From positions 448,964 through 512,963 of the forward strand of contig NMRA01000235.1 in NCBI GenBank assembly GCA_002633005.1: a stretch of 64,000 nt of DNA, given 5' to 3'. This DNA is from Phoronis australis (taxonomy: Eukaryota > Animalia > Phoronida). Position 1 is the stretch's first letter, and each line of letters begins with the position of its first letter. The notes under the pieces are model-generated. The model was given only the letters and a program-made list of their open reading frames with translations. It was not told the DNA's origin and ran no database searches. The position numbers and the translations under genes are program-made. Below, one piece after another: positions 35,502-47,957 of the stretch.

Positions 35502-36421
35502 CTTCACTTATTTCCATGTATAGTTATGGTATCATTTTGGAATAATCGCTGCGTCTCTCGACATGCAGCTTGGTATTTGCGTACTTTTTTGGAAAATTAT
35601 TATTTAGAGAGATTCCGTCAATCAAAGTTTGTTCCTGTCATCGGTTTTTGGCTAGAACCTGAGCATCTCAAGTTATTCGAGATTTTCCGATTTTTGTTTT
35701 GACGGTTGAGCCATGGGTGTCAGGTTCGGGGTTATTCTTGTTTCGTCGTCCACTTCAACTGTTAGTCGAATACTGCAAGAGTTGGTCATCACTGTGCTTT
35801 CAATACTTGAAAAAGAAAACCATATCGGTTTTCCATCAATTGTTTTCTGTCTGTACGCAAACTACGGTTCACGTTTCATATTAGATGACATGTGAAGCAG
35901 AAGAGTCACCGTTTTAGTTGGGGGCGCTGTTGCGGTCAATTTTCAAATCTTTGTTTACCGAAACGGAGGTCCGTTGTTAAAGCCTACTTTGGAGAGATAT
36001 GGTGTAAGGGCCTACGAAACTGTGCCATTGCTTTTCTCATCAACTTAATCCAGTTACCCAGTCCTAAATGTACGATACATCTGCCATGGCGTACCTAGTC
36101 GGATCTTTTGGAAATTTGGACTGTGTATCGCTCATTGACGTACATTGTCATTTGTTTCCCCTAGGATTTTCTAGTATTCAATGTGTAAAAAATACTGTGC
36201 CGGGTGTCAGAGACGTGTTTTTTGCTATTGTGTCTTCGTCAACTTCAATTTGTTTCATTCAGTTTTGGTGTTGGTCCTCATTAAATCTCTATATAGTTTG
36301 TTCCTGTGACATGGTAAAGTTATGACGCTTGATGCTTTAAATAATATCAGTTCTATCAAGTTTTTCTGTACAATTCCGTGGTGCTGATGGGTGTCGTTCA
36401 ATTACTATTCATGGTAAAGTT
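35502..36421 (-). pseudogene. Large exon-like segment upstream of the WSC exons, disrupted by several stops (decayed coding exon or long 5' UTR exon)
   Basis: Bounded by acceptor gtctttttag (~36422) and donor AAG|gtgaat (35501), which is phase-compatible with the WSC1 exon. Hydrophilic protein-like stretches are interrupted by stops; part is homologous to 49920-50080. Confidence 0.35.
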
Positions 36422-37241
36422 CTAAAAAGACACCAGTCGTCAAAAAATGAAACAAATAATGAAGACAAATGAACACTTGCATGACAGAGTCTGTTGAAGA
36501 TTGGTCAAGACCACAATGCACCATGTGAAGCGCAGAAAGGGTAGCAAGTACATCAATGCAGATGGATTAACGCCGTGACTACTTGCACTGAAAAGAAAGT
36601 TCGAAAAACATCTGTCTTTTTGCTAGAAAAGTTTAACTGCCATTCCACGAGCACGCCAAGGTAAAATCTGGAATCACCGACTCAAAAAAATTGTGATTTT
36701 ATGTCCTAATGAGCTATATTCTAAATGTTTAGGTCAAACACATTGCTCTTCATGTTACAATTTCACGGATATTCTGATCCAAAACAGTCCAAATTTGGCT
36801 GAAATAGGTTCAGTTAGTGACGTCATGTTTAAAGGTCTTAGAGAACATTGATATTTTTTATGTACAGATTAAACGTCACTATCAAACAAAGTACGTATTT
36901 TCAAAGGAGTTTGATTAATCTTCATTGGAATTCGATGAACTGAGGCCAATTCTTTGCATTTGATTGACAATTGTGCTCTAGGGCTAGTTAGTAAGGCTTT
37001 GGTGGTTTCCAAGTTATGCATTTATTTTTATAGTGTTTTTTCAACGAGGGTAAGCCTAAGAGTCGGACCTGTTTTCAGCTACGAACTGCGCACGTGCGTC
37101 ATGTTTACTTCACACTGAATAACGCACGTTGTGATATCAGTGCCTTTTGAGTGCTGTTGACGTAAAGGTCAATCCAGGACCGTACAGTCAGGGTTCAGCC
37201 AAATTGAGGATCTTATTCATTAACATCATCAGTATCGTGCA

Positions 37242-38064
37242 CGTTGCACGTTTATATGTTACAAAGAAGAGTGTACGGGTTGTTGGATTTTCTGAAAGAG
37301 CTTCACTGCTTATTTCTTTCATTTATTGTTACTTCAAAATCTATTTTATATGGTGTTAACTACTTTGGTTCTGGGGTCAAAGCACTCTAGAGACTAAAAA
37401 TTTCTGAGAGCAAATTGTAACAGTCAATGATATGATTAAACTTGATCATGTTTTTTTATTAGCCAATCGCTAAATAACTAGAATATTAATATATGTGCTG
37501 AAATTAGGAGGATATGAAGATGAAATAAAAGACTTACTACAATGCAGAGAGGAAATTATACAACAGAGCCATCTCATGGGAGATTCTAAAGAAGATCTTG
37601 CATAGGGCAAGAGTTAAAGAACAGAGGGTTAACTAAGAGCTTTTCACTTGCATCGTGAGTAGTAAGATACTGCCTGTATGTGTTGTGTTACAAGAGACAG
37701 TGACCAGCGAGAAGAATCGTGGTAGAAGATGTTGCCTGCAAGTATTCCGTCACCAGAGACTGTGACCAGCAAGTACACTGTTACAATACAATATGTGTAT
37801 TTCGAAGATTCACTGACAGGACTGTCACGTGTAGAGTCCAACAGCTTGGAATCAGATAACCTTATCTTAGTTGATTGATTGAAGTAGTCTTAAAGAGGGT
37901 GCTAATTGATTACTTAGTTAACAACATGTTTCACGTGTCTAATTAGCGGTCATCACATACTACTTAATTATTGGATTTAATCATTCTCTCTCGGTTTACG
38001 CACAATCTCAAAGCATACCTACAATTTAAACAAACCCACAGCCAATCTTTAGCCCAGTGCAACA
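37242..38064. mobile_element. Second, diverged copy of the same LTR family (same orientation)
   Basis: About 700 bp of colinear similarity to 20525-21270 (e.g. ttctggggtcaaag, gttaactaagagctt, tgaccagcaagtacactgt, tacgcacaatctcaaagcata). TSD not found; ends approximate. Confidence 0.75.
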
Positions 38065-39310
38065 ATGTGGAAGAATTAATTAAACAGACAAGACAAGATT
38101 ATTTCCAAAAATTCAAAGGAATATTGGGATATAATAAAAAAATTCGAGGACAGAAAAGCAATCATCATACCCATCAGCCCCTTATAAGCAGCCAACAATC
38201 AGTGCCATCCAAAGCTGAAAAAATAAGCGACTTTCAAAATACTTCACCGCGAAGAGTCACATTGCACCAACAGCTAACTTCCCCGAATTCCTGGCAGAAT
38301 TTTTAAACACCTATCTAACACACAAGCCCCACCATCTGAAGTCCGAAAACTACTGGAAAACATCGATGGTATCAATCTAATAACTAAGACAATGATCAAG
38401 ATTATAGCAAGAGAGCTTGCAGTCCTCTAACAAAATCAGACAACAAGTTGCTATAGTAATCTCGAAGATTTCCTTCTAGACCTGAAACTTTATGTCATGA
38501 TACCAATACACAAAAAGGTCTCCAACGCAGACATTGCCAACTATCGCCCCATTGCTCGAACCCAGGTGGGGCTCGGGGGGCTCGAATGAAGTGAGCAAAA
38601 ACGTACGTCTCAAAGAAACTAAAAAGTTGGAGAACATGGGACAAAAGTCCACCAAAAAGGCGCAGACATACGTCCTGATGCCCCGTTTTCTTAGTCTTCC
38701 AGCTTTTTCTTCGTCTTAAATTCGAGCTTCCCCAAAAATAAATGCAGGGTGCGCGTATGCGCCCCATAACATTTCTTAACAACTAATCCGAAATTTTAGA
38801 AAAAAAAAATGTATTTCAACATTTCTTTGATCATCTCTTATCACAAAACTTCACGTATCGTCGACAATTTGGATTCATGCCTGGTAACATCACTGTGTCC
38901 CAACTTACAGTAATTGAACATGAAATCTACCTCCGGTTTGAGCAAGGGTACAGCTGGAGATGCGTGTCATTAGACATTGCGTCAGCTTTATATGTCATCC
39001 CCATGATCTGCTTCTACGTAAAGTACAATCTTACGGTTTCTCAGACACTCTCCTCTTGCTTTTAAAATTTGATTTTGGAATGCTGAACATAAATGAGGGA
39101 GTTTTCTCCCCCTCATCAACACCAGGTTTTGTAGATGCTGGAGAACCACAGGGTAGCGTACTAGGCCCCTTTACTCTTGTTATTGCATATTAATCATCTT
39201 ACAGACACAACTAACTCCGGAACACTGTTATATGCTGATGACACTGTTTTTTAAACTCATTTTCTAAAGAGCATCCTTATGGCTCATAACCATTAAAATC
39301 TGACCTAAAA
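38065..39310 (+). mobile_element. CR1/L2-group LINE ORF2 (RT) fragment, degenerate, interrupted by a ~220-bp insertion (~38558-38775)
   Basis: PIHKKG..ANYRPIA | LT..K, QFGFMPGNITVSQL, SLDIASA..IPHDLLLRK, GEPQGSVLGP, LLYADDTV. Confidence 0.85.
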
Positions 39311-42300
39311 CAAACTGTATGGGCCGGATTCCCTATACGTGCTGGTGCAGTAACACAAAGCGTCAAAGAGCTCACTGCAGATGTTGAAGCCATTCATTTC
39401 ATAGATTTGAAACTACGGGAAAGTACAACTAGTGCTGCACTGTGTGTTTATCTCCTTTAAACCCTAACTTTCACGCAGCGCGGCTAGATCTGCTCGTCAA
39501 ATCATCGTGAAACTTAAACCAACATGTAGAGCTAACAGCCGGTGGGTGTGCATTCAAAATCCGGTAACTAACAGAACCCCACCTTGCCCTTTGCAGCCCT
39601 TAAAGTGAAAGACAATCTCATCAACGTGAAGCTGTTGCCAAATTTCCACCTTTTGCTGCAAAGAAAAGTCTGATGTTGGTTTAAAAACAAAACGCTCACC
39701 GTATCTTTTTTTTCTCGACATATCTCGGGAGATAATGACCTTCGCAGCAAGAAAGTTTGTTTTGATGGAATTAACTCAGTAAAAACATAAAACGAAATAA
39801 AGTCGGGATGCGGTATCTAATCCTTTTACTCGAAATTGAACTCGAAATTATGTTTGACATTTTCTACTCTAATTTCCTGCGAACTCAACATAAGTGTCTT
39901 GCTGTATTCTTTGCTCGAGTACATACAGACTTAAGTTGTATAATTTTTAGTTCTGAACCCAGCATTTAGCTAAAAGTTTGACATGGAACTCGATATTTCG
40001 AGCTTTAATCGAGTTTGTAGCACGAATATCAGGGTCATAAGTTGCAAACTTGGGCTAGAAACACATATAGGTAACCTAAAGTGTGTTCTAGGACAGCTTA
40101 ATAACAACGTGAGTTCGCATAAAAGTAGAAGATAAATTGCCAAAATAATTTCAAGTTCGTTTCGAGTACAAAGATTAGATACGGGTCAAAATTCCTATAT
40201 ATTCCTCTGATGGATTGAAAAATGGTTGAAAAAAGAAACTGGCCAATGCTTGCAGGCGAGGCAACAAGGCGTATAAGACAACTACATAACTTTAAGAGCA
40301 GAATATCAATCGCCAACATTTTCTACTCGTCTAAAGAACATCATTTACGCCCAGAACAGTATAGTGTTTTATAGACACACATTTTGCGTCGGAGTTGATT
40401 TTGCACTTTTTTATCCCACGTTGGCCCAACAATATGTAATTAGAATACAGCTTAGCACCGACGCTAAACGGAGCTGAAGGTCCACCGAAGGGCTTTTCAC
40501 CAGTTGACGAAATGGGTATAATTCAAAACAAAGTGAGTATAATTCTTTGTCAGTGTGTTAATAATTATCAAATCAAATGCACTTAAGATGTTCAGAAGTA
40601 CACTAACTGCCTTACTTTATCAAGTTTATCTTTGTTTTCTATTCCTCTAACATCAACTAATCAGATAATCGTCAAACAAATGCTTACCCACTGTTTTTTC
40701 TGTTTAAGTAATTGTTCGGAATAAACTCGACGCAAGAGTGATGCCATAATCGCGCGCCTTGTTGAATTCGTGAATTGACAAGCAATAGAGAGGTATCGCA
40801 AAGCGACGTGAACGTGAAATATGACGCATAGTTAGAAGGAAGTTTTATTTGATTCTGAATAAATTTTGCATAGTTTTTCTTGAGTTGTTGATTATCGTCA
40901 CAAATAATTCATCAGCAAAAAGTAAACTGATATTTTCACACGAAACTCAAAAAATCACCCGCTGGGACGCTGCTTATCGTGACATATTTATTGGGGTCAT
41001 GTGACCTTCTTCAAATTGTCAGAATAAGTACCTTTAGTGTGAAAGGTCTGAGGTCGGGTCCCAGTGATACCTGTTTGAGCCGAGGCAACATTGATACCCA
41101 GGCTTCGCCATCGTCGGACAAATAGATGCCGGTGCAACCAGTCCGTATCAACAATTTGCACTGATGTGAATGTTGGATAGCCAGCCAGCTGTCTGCTAGC
41201 CAATACTCTGCAACTTTTAAAGAGTTGGTTAGTTACCGACTTAAACTATATGAAAACTATCGTACCGCTGTGTACTGAGCTACGTTGGACCCGAAATTTC
41301 ATACAGCCCACTGACTACTAAGGTACAGTAGTTGAGCTCGTAATGTCGTCGTGAAAGTTACTTCGGCCTTTAAAGTTAACGGACCTGCAGGGGTGCATGT
41401 AAGATGTAGTAGTCAACAGACATTTGCCGTGTTTGTTGTAGCCGTTAAAGTGGTAAATATCCAAATACTCGTAACTTTGTGGCATAAATCACCGCTTTTA
41501 GTAGGAAAAAAATTGTGGTCTCTTTTCCAAAACAGCATGCTCGCGACACAGCTCACGCGCCATTTCTTGAACTTTTGTGACCTCTTTCAGGAAACGATGG
41601 CAGCTGCGCCGCAGCAAGGTTTGTCTAAAATTCTGTTTTCTGCTTTCAAAATACTAAAAACCTGTAACGAAATGAAACAAGTTCAAATAATTTGCTGTGA
41701 CATATACGCGACAATGTGCAGGCGGGGAAGAACAGTGACGAAAGAATAGGGGGCAAACAAACTCGTGAAGAGCAGGTGACGTACATGTAATTGCCAAAAC
41801 CCGACTCAGTCAAGACAACGCATCGCAATTTTTAACAACAGCCGGTTAACGACAGGACATTTCCAACACCGGTAAATAAGTCAGTTTACTCAACGAAGCT
41901 TTGACATTAATGTTTAGTCATTTTCGTACAGATTTTTCCCACACCGTCTATTTAATATACGACTTTGAACCAAAGCTAACATAACTGATGGAATGTGATG
42001 ACCATCCTTGTAGAAGACACCCATTTCGAAGAAATTAAATAACCAGGGGCCATAAAAAAGGAAGGGCAAACCTTTTACAGCACTGTGGCAAAAGGAAAAA
42101 TTAAGAACGGCTGATACAATGATAAAATGCCGATGTAACCTCTTCACGATATGGCAAAGCAATGTGTGATAAGCAGTCGAAGCCCCACCAGCCACTTCAC
42201 TGACAGTTCGGAAAATAAGCGATCGCTGTTAGGATTTCAGTCTTTGGACAAAAATGTGAATCCAATTTTGGTTTAGTACGCAACTCGGGCAAATGTGATT

Positions 42301-42570
42301 TCTATTTGTATGTTGAACCTGGTTAACTGCTGTCCCATTTTTATTGAACGAGACAATTCACGTTGGAGTTACAGGCCTTAGAGTAAACGCAAACTGAATA
42401 AAGGAGCTCATGGCATCCAGCTATCATAGTACAACTAGTTTACAAAAAATCTAAAAGCCACTCTGCCAATGCAACATCTTTTGTTTTCATTTTCATTCCC
42501 ATCACATCTAACACAACTTGGTCAACTAAAATTAGTCAATTTTCAGTTAACTTAGCGTTTAGATTTAATA

Positions 42571-43266
42571 TGTTGTGTTTTACAGTGTCAGAATATAGAC
42601 TGACACTGTTTTTAGTTGACTTTTTGCATTGTTTTGTTTTGCTGTTCTAATTGATTGGCATGACACCTGAGTTAAGTACAGTGATGATGTAATTTGTTTA
42701 CTACAGAATAGTATAGAACTTTCTAGAAGACTGAGGTCAGTACAGTAGTGATGTAATTTGTTCACTACAATATAGTGTGGAATTTCCTAGATGACTCTAG
42801 CATGACAGTGATTAATGCAGTTTGGAATACTCTAGAGACTAGTATATGGTTGTAGAATGATTGGGTAGATTCAGGAAATTTCTAGAATGTGCTTAAATTG
42901 ATGAAAAGTTCTAGAACAATGTTTTAATCTATAAATACACATGGACATGTCTGTGGGTCAGTTAATCAGAAGAAAGCAGTTAAGCAGTTACAGTGAAGAG
43001 AATCAGCAGTTACAGCGAGAGTCAATATAGGGCCAGCTGTAGAGACAGCAGGTTATTGAATCAACGAGTTGCTGGACGTGTCTCAGAAGTTCATCACAAG
43101 TCAAGGCTTCACAGCACTGGCTGGAGCAAAAAACAGACATTACTACGGACGTTTTATTTGAGTAGGCTTGTGAACTTACGGTCGACATTAATAAAGGATT
43201 AACTCGAACCAGTCTTCAGTCAATCGTCGCACCGATCAAGCTATTAGCACCAGTCAGCAATAACCT
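42571..43266 (+). mobile_element. Probable solo LTR of another family
   Basis: TGTTG start, ttctaga-rich U3-like region, TATAAATA at 42930, short internal repeats (agcagtta), AATAAA at 43190, end ..ataac. No TSD seen. Confidence 0.45.
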
Positions 43267-44960
43267 GCGCCCGCCCACATACGGGGAAAAACATGACATA
43301 CAGCAAAGCTCCCTCCATTTCTTTTTTCTCCATTTCAAACTTTTCCCCTCCAGTGTTTTTCCTTGCCCTCGCATTTTTAGCTCTGCATCTTGATTTTCTT
43401 TATGAAAGTTCATATACAGTTGTGTGTGAGTTGAGATCGCATATCGCTTTTTGGGAGCAACATTGCTCGCTCATGGGCACTGCACCATAGGGGGCTGGGG
43501 GCTGTAGCCCCCACTTTTTTCAGTGCTGCGCCGCCCATATAGCTACATGTACGTATAAAAACATTGTGTCAACTCCTCATCACAACCAAAATATGAAGAG
43601 CAACTACAGAACAGAGCATCCCTTATGATTTGATTATTTTATTGCTTACATGAATATATGTTAAATTTTGCAGAGTCTTAAAAGAATTATGTTGTATTTA
43701 ATTCTGCTGCTTTTTACTACAGATGTACAAGATAGAAATGTACGTTGAGTGTGAAAAGTCTTTTCCACAAACTCCTGCGAAAACCGTTCTTTTTGTACAT
43801 GACTGTAAGCAGTTAAAATGACAATACAAATCATATCTTTTAAATATGCATTTTAGTTTTAAAAAGTCTTCCGAAAAGACCGACTAATCGTACTATCTGT
43901 TAGACAGGTCACGTGAGTTAACACACGGATTGCATATTTCTCACTGAAGTTCACATCAATAATGCCACAGACAGCAAAAAAGATACATGCATCATAGTTA
44001 CAGTATCTTTAGTAAGCCAGAAATTTTCGTAACCCCCCGTGATGCATCGGCAATGCCGTCAGTCATTCTTTACTCATCCAGTAACTACATGTACATACTT
44101 TATCTTGAGAAACACCCACTGGTGCTCGATTTCCAGCGCTCGATACTATAAAAATTGCCAGGTGGCATTTTCAATACCCATGCTTAACATATTAATTCCA
44201 GTCAAACAAACTTTCGGACGTTTTTCAGAGCCAAATTGATGTCCTGGTCATCAAAGTAAAAGGTTTTGACATTGCTCTTACAAGATACAATTTCAATACT
44301 CTCAAATTGCATGTCCAAAAACAAAGTTCTTACTGCGTGCATTTACGGCGTTACTGTTCTTCAACACCGACTTTGCGAGTCTTTAAAGCGCACGGCTATT
44401 TGCCGCAGTAAAACTTGAATCAGTGCTCTCTAACATGCACATGCTTCCGAGTATTTATGCTTGCAACATAAAAAGGGAAAAATACTCTTTGGAAAAGTAT
44501 CTGTTAAATTACTAGGACTAACTTCCTACATGTCACTCGTCAAAGTCCGTTAAGGTTCAAACTAATTCCGAGTGGAAACTTTCTCCATATTCTCGCAGTC
44601 CAAAATTTGCAAATTAGCTCGACATTTGAAACACACCTTGCCTAGAACTAACACGAAATGCTGCTCTAGCCGAATGACGTATTGATGTGCAGCAACAAAT
44701 CTGTTCAAGTTTCTTAACAAAAACTGAGGGACCTATACTGTTTGCATAATCAGCAATAAATTCTCCAAAGAAATGAAAATCCTCTAATAATCCCCGACTG
44801 CGTGCGGGTTTCCATCGAGTAATTCGACTCTGGTCCTTAAAGGATAAGGCAACCTTTTTCCATGTCATTTTGAGCTAAAATAAGGTTGGTTGGTTATCCT
44901 AGACGTATTTTCCACTTAATTACAGCTTTTCGTAATTTTATTAATTACTCGTCCGCTCTT

Positions 44961-44973
44961 CCGGAAGTGACGT
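44961..44973 (+). promoter_or_regulatory. ETS-CRE composite motif in the left Kolobok TIR (mirror copy at 46380-46392)
   Basis: CCGGAAGTGACGT about 130 nt upstream of the transposase ATG; its reverse complement lies about 200 nt upstream of the KolX ATG. Confidence 0.5.
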
Positions 44974-45104
44974 TTTAGGAGGCAAGCATTTCGCGCCAAT
45001 TTTTTTCATATAGTCCGACTGTGAGAGCTGCCGAGTCAGTCATTGTTCTACCTCGGTTGTGTAAAGTTCCGTCGTCGTTTGCTTTCATTTACTAGTCATT
45101 CAAT

Positions 45105-45860
45105 ATGCCACACAGTTGCTGCGTAATTATCGGCTCACGCGCGCTTTGAGGAGTACTTTGCATCCCTTTCCGATGGATGACACACTTCGCCGTACTTGGC
45201 TCGTTCGTGTGAAGAACGCAGCGTTACCCGTCCACGCAACGTTCAAAGCAGTGGAGATTTACCGTGTGTATGACAAGCACTTTCTGCCGTCCGATTACGA
45301 AAGGGATTTGTACGCTGAACTGATGAAGGTCCCTGCGAAACAACGTCTGAAGAAGGTTGTCATTCCGTCTGTGTTGATTCCCGGCAGTGCCCCGTCGCCA
45401 CCCTCGAGAAGGGCGTATTTGAAGCGAGAAGCCTCGCGAGCTGTGGCCAATACAGTGACTGGAGCCAGTGGAGGCACTTGTCACCCTTGCCTCCGAACGT
45501 ACCCCCAGAGCGTGCAATTCCTGGAACCAGTAGTGATTCGCTCTGTGCTGTTTTCTCCAGCCCAGAGCCTCTAAGCAGCCCTGCATCGATATTGAGTAGT
45601 GGGAGTGATCAGGCTCAGTTCGACACCCAGTGGAGGACAGTTCGTCGTCCAGTCAACAGATCGGTGAGCCAAAGTTTGATAAGTTTATTGTGGACTTGTC
45701 TAAAGTGTTGGAGCTATTTAGAAGGTGCCAGGTGTGTAGCGAGGGAGTCACACGACACGATGTAAGCAGTTCTGGTGCTCAGGTCACCATCTAGTGGGAG
45801 TGTGTCGAGGGACACTCTGGCAAGTGGGACAGTTGTTCCTCTGTCCGTGGTATGCCGGAA
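45105..45860 (+). pseudogene. Kolobok transposase N-terminus (THAP domain plus zinc finger), frameshifted and truncated before the DDE core
   Basis: MPHSCCV.. / LHPFPMDDTLRRTWLVRV..RVYDKHFLPSDYE..RLKKVVIPSV is THAP-like; later KFIVDLSKVLELFRRCQVC..GAQVTI*WECVEGHSGKWDS resembles the Kolobok zinc finger. Confidence 0.85.
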
Positions 45861-46178
45861 GTCCATTTAACCATGTCCAGTAGTGGCTTGACCTCGTCGA
45901 TTTCTGAACAGCACAAGCATTCCATTGAGGTAGGCATAACAACGAACACTGCATTTGCACCAAGATGTGTCACCACGTCTGTCCTAAGTACATGTAGCCG
46001 CCTCGTTTCTCTCAACAGCTGCCTGTGCCTGTGCGTACTCTGCCTCGTTATACTCGGGCTCAAACATGTACCCACCCACTGAATGTCCGTGAAAACATTC
46101 CTCGTCACCACTGCTGTGAACAAGGTCTCCGTCACTCACACTACTGTCACTGTGATACGGGTCACCGACTCCAGCCAT
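45861..46178 (-). pseudogene. KolX accessory protein remnant (P2X7 ballast-like Cys-rich domain)
   Basis: aaaATGG start, acidic N-terminus, GYMFEPEY, then WCKCS../VVMPTSMECLCCSEI; one stop and one frameshift. Confidence 0.8.
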
Positions 46179-47957
46179 TTTCAGCTTACAACACACTAAA
46201 CAATCCCTAAATCCAACGTAGTTGAGTTCTCTACTAAGCTATCTTGCCGCCGAATACTCGCCGATGGAAAGTGGTGGCGACAATTGTTGAAAAACAGCAC
46301 AAAACAAAAGTAGAATAGAACAGATTCGCACGGTAAAGTGAACGCAAAACCAAGTGGCGGGAAACTCTTGCCTCCTAAAACGTCACTTCCGGATTAGCGG
46401 ACGGGTAATCTATAAAATTACGAAAAGCTGCAATTAAGTGGAAAATATGTCTAGGATAACCAACCAACCTTATTTTAGCTCAAAATGACATGGAAAAAGG
46501 TTGCCTTCGCCTTTAATACTTAAATGTACCCTACAGGGAAAAATAGGTGAGTAACAATGCGACACGTGATCCCTTTACTCGTACGCTGTACATGTATCCA
46601 TGTCGTCTCTGTTAACTTTCTTTCAAACTAATAAAACAAATTCGGCATTCACTATATAGGGTGCGTAACACTGTCAAACCCTCTTGACCACCTGGAATAT
46701 TTTTGTTAGTTGTCGCTTCAGCTGGAACAAGTATCCATTTGATTTGCGCCTTTAAATCTTACGGCGTAGACTGGAAGGCAATAACTACGCGAGGTGATTG
46801 AGGAGAAGATGAGAAAGTTTGCCAACCGCAGTTTCACGTCTACCCGTTTAGGTGACTACGGCATAGAACATCGGCCCTAGGGAACCTATACCCAGGGAAA
46901 CAGCGTCATAGTAAATTATCAGTTCTGGGCTACATCGGTTCAGGAGTAAACACAAACTAAACATTGCGTATTTTGTAACCGCCGGGAATCTTATTTCATA
47001 GTCAAATAAACCATTGGCATCCGGGCGCTTTATAGAGCCAAACCGTTTTACTCTTTCATTTACGATTGTTGCTGTTCTCTTTTGATGTGCAGCTTTGGAG
47101 TGGTGCGCACGCGTGAGTTTCCACACATGGATGGCTGGAGTAGGCCTACACTTTACGTCAGTTGGCAACAACTTTGTGCGCGACATATGAATGTTAAGTC
47201 GCGCACCTCCATGGCCCTGGAAACACTTAAGCGACTCAAACTACTCTCCTGAAAGTAAAGATGTGACTGTCGTTCGGTTATCAATATGGTTTTCATTTTC
47301 ATAATTTTGTCTTTTGTCAGGGCGCACATTTCCAACGCGGAATCGTCTGCTTCGACAGCTTCAGCGCTAACAGGAGGACATGCCACTCTGCAATATCAGG
47401 GAATCTAGCCGAAATTCTTAGCCAATCAAACGGGATCATTCCGATGTGTCCCATGTCTCTTGTTTTATGTTTCTCGTTTAAGTATACCAGGTTCCATGTT
47501 TCCCGTGTTCCATGTGTTCAATTTTCTGTGCCTGGCACATCACATTATTTCCTTGGCCAGCATCGGTGTATATTAGTCGGTGGGCCAGATTTTGTAGGGC
47601 CTCTAGAAAATGGTTTTTGTGAGTACTTTAGGGGGGCAATTTTATTTTGATGTTTTTTAATTCATTTATTAGAGTGTTTTCAAAATCTAAAAAGTTCCCA
47701 CATATAAAGTTGCACATTTTTGAGAAATTTGAGTTTGAAGTAACATAATAATCACCAAAGAGCTTACTAAACTTATATTTGTAAAAACAACAGTTTTGGT
47801 GACTTTTTTGTAAAACAAGTAATATGGTCCCATCAGTGCCATTGTATTGAACAATATTACACTCACATTACACGTTTTACTATTGTAAATTAATTGTAAA
47901 CAGTGAAATTTAAAAAACGTAAAGAGACACCTAGTGGCAAAAATGCAAACTAAGTCT

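Larger units (their letters stand above)
44841..46512 (+). mobile_element. Kolobok DNA transposon, internally deleted and non-autonomous (1672 bp)
   Basis: TTAA TSD (44837-44840 and 46513-46516), AGG..CCT termini, ~146-bp imperfect TIRs (44841-44986 and 46367-46512), and convergent THAP-transposase and KolX remnants. This is the diagnostic Kolobok layout. Confidence 0.92.

Noticed and set aside
35973-35990. 18-nt inverted match to 50791-50808 (RSVVKAYF in two ORFs)
   Set aside because: Similarity does not extend, and the orientation is opposite to the real 35.6/50.0 kb homology; compatible with chance.
41591-41618. Plus-strand mini-exon ttcag|GAAACGATGGCAGCTGCGCCGCAGCAAG|gtttgt
   Set aside because: Good splice signals but no partner exons identified.
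45861-46178. P2X7 receptor gene
   Set aside because: Only the ballast-like KolX domain inside transposon TIRs; no channel domain.
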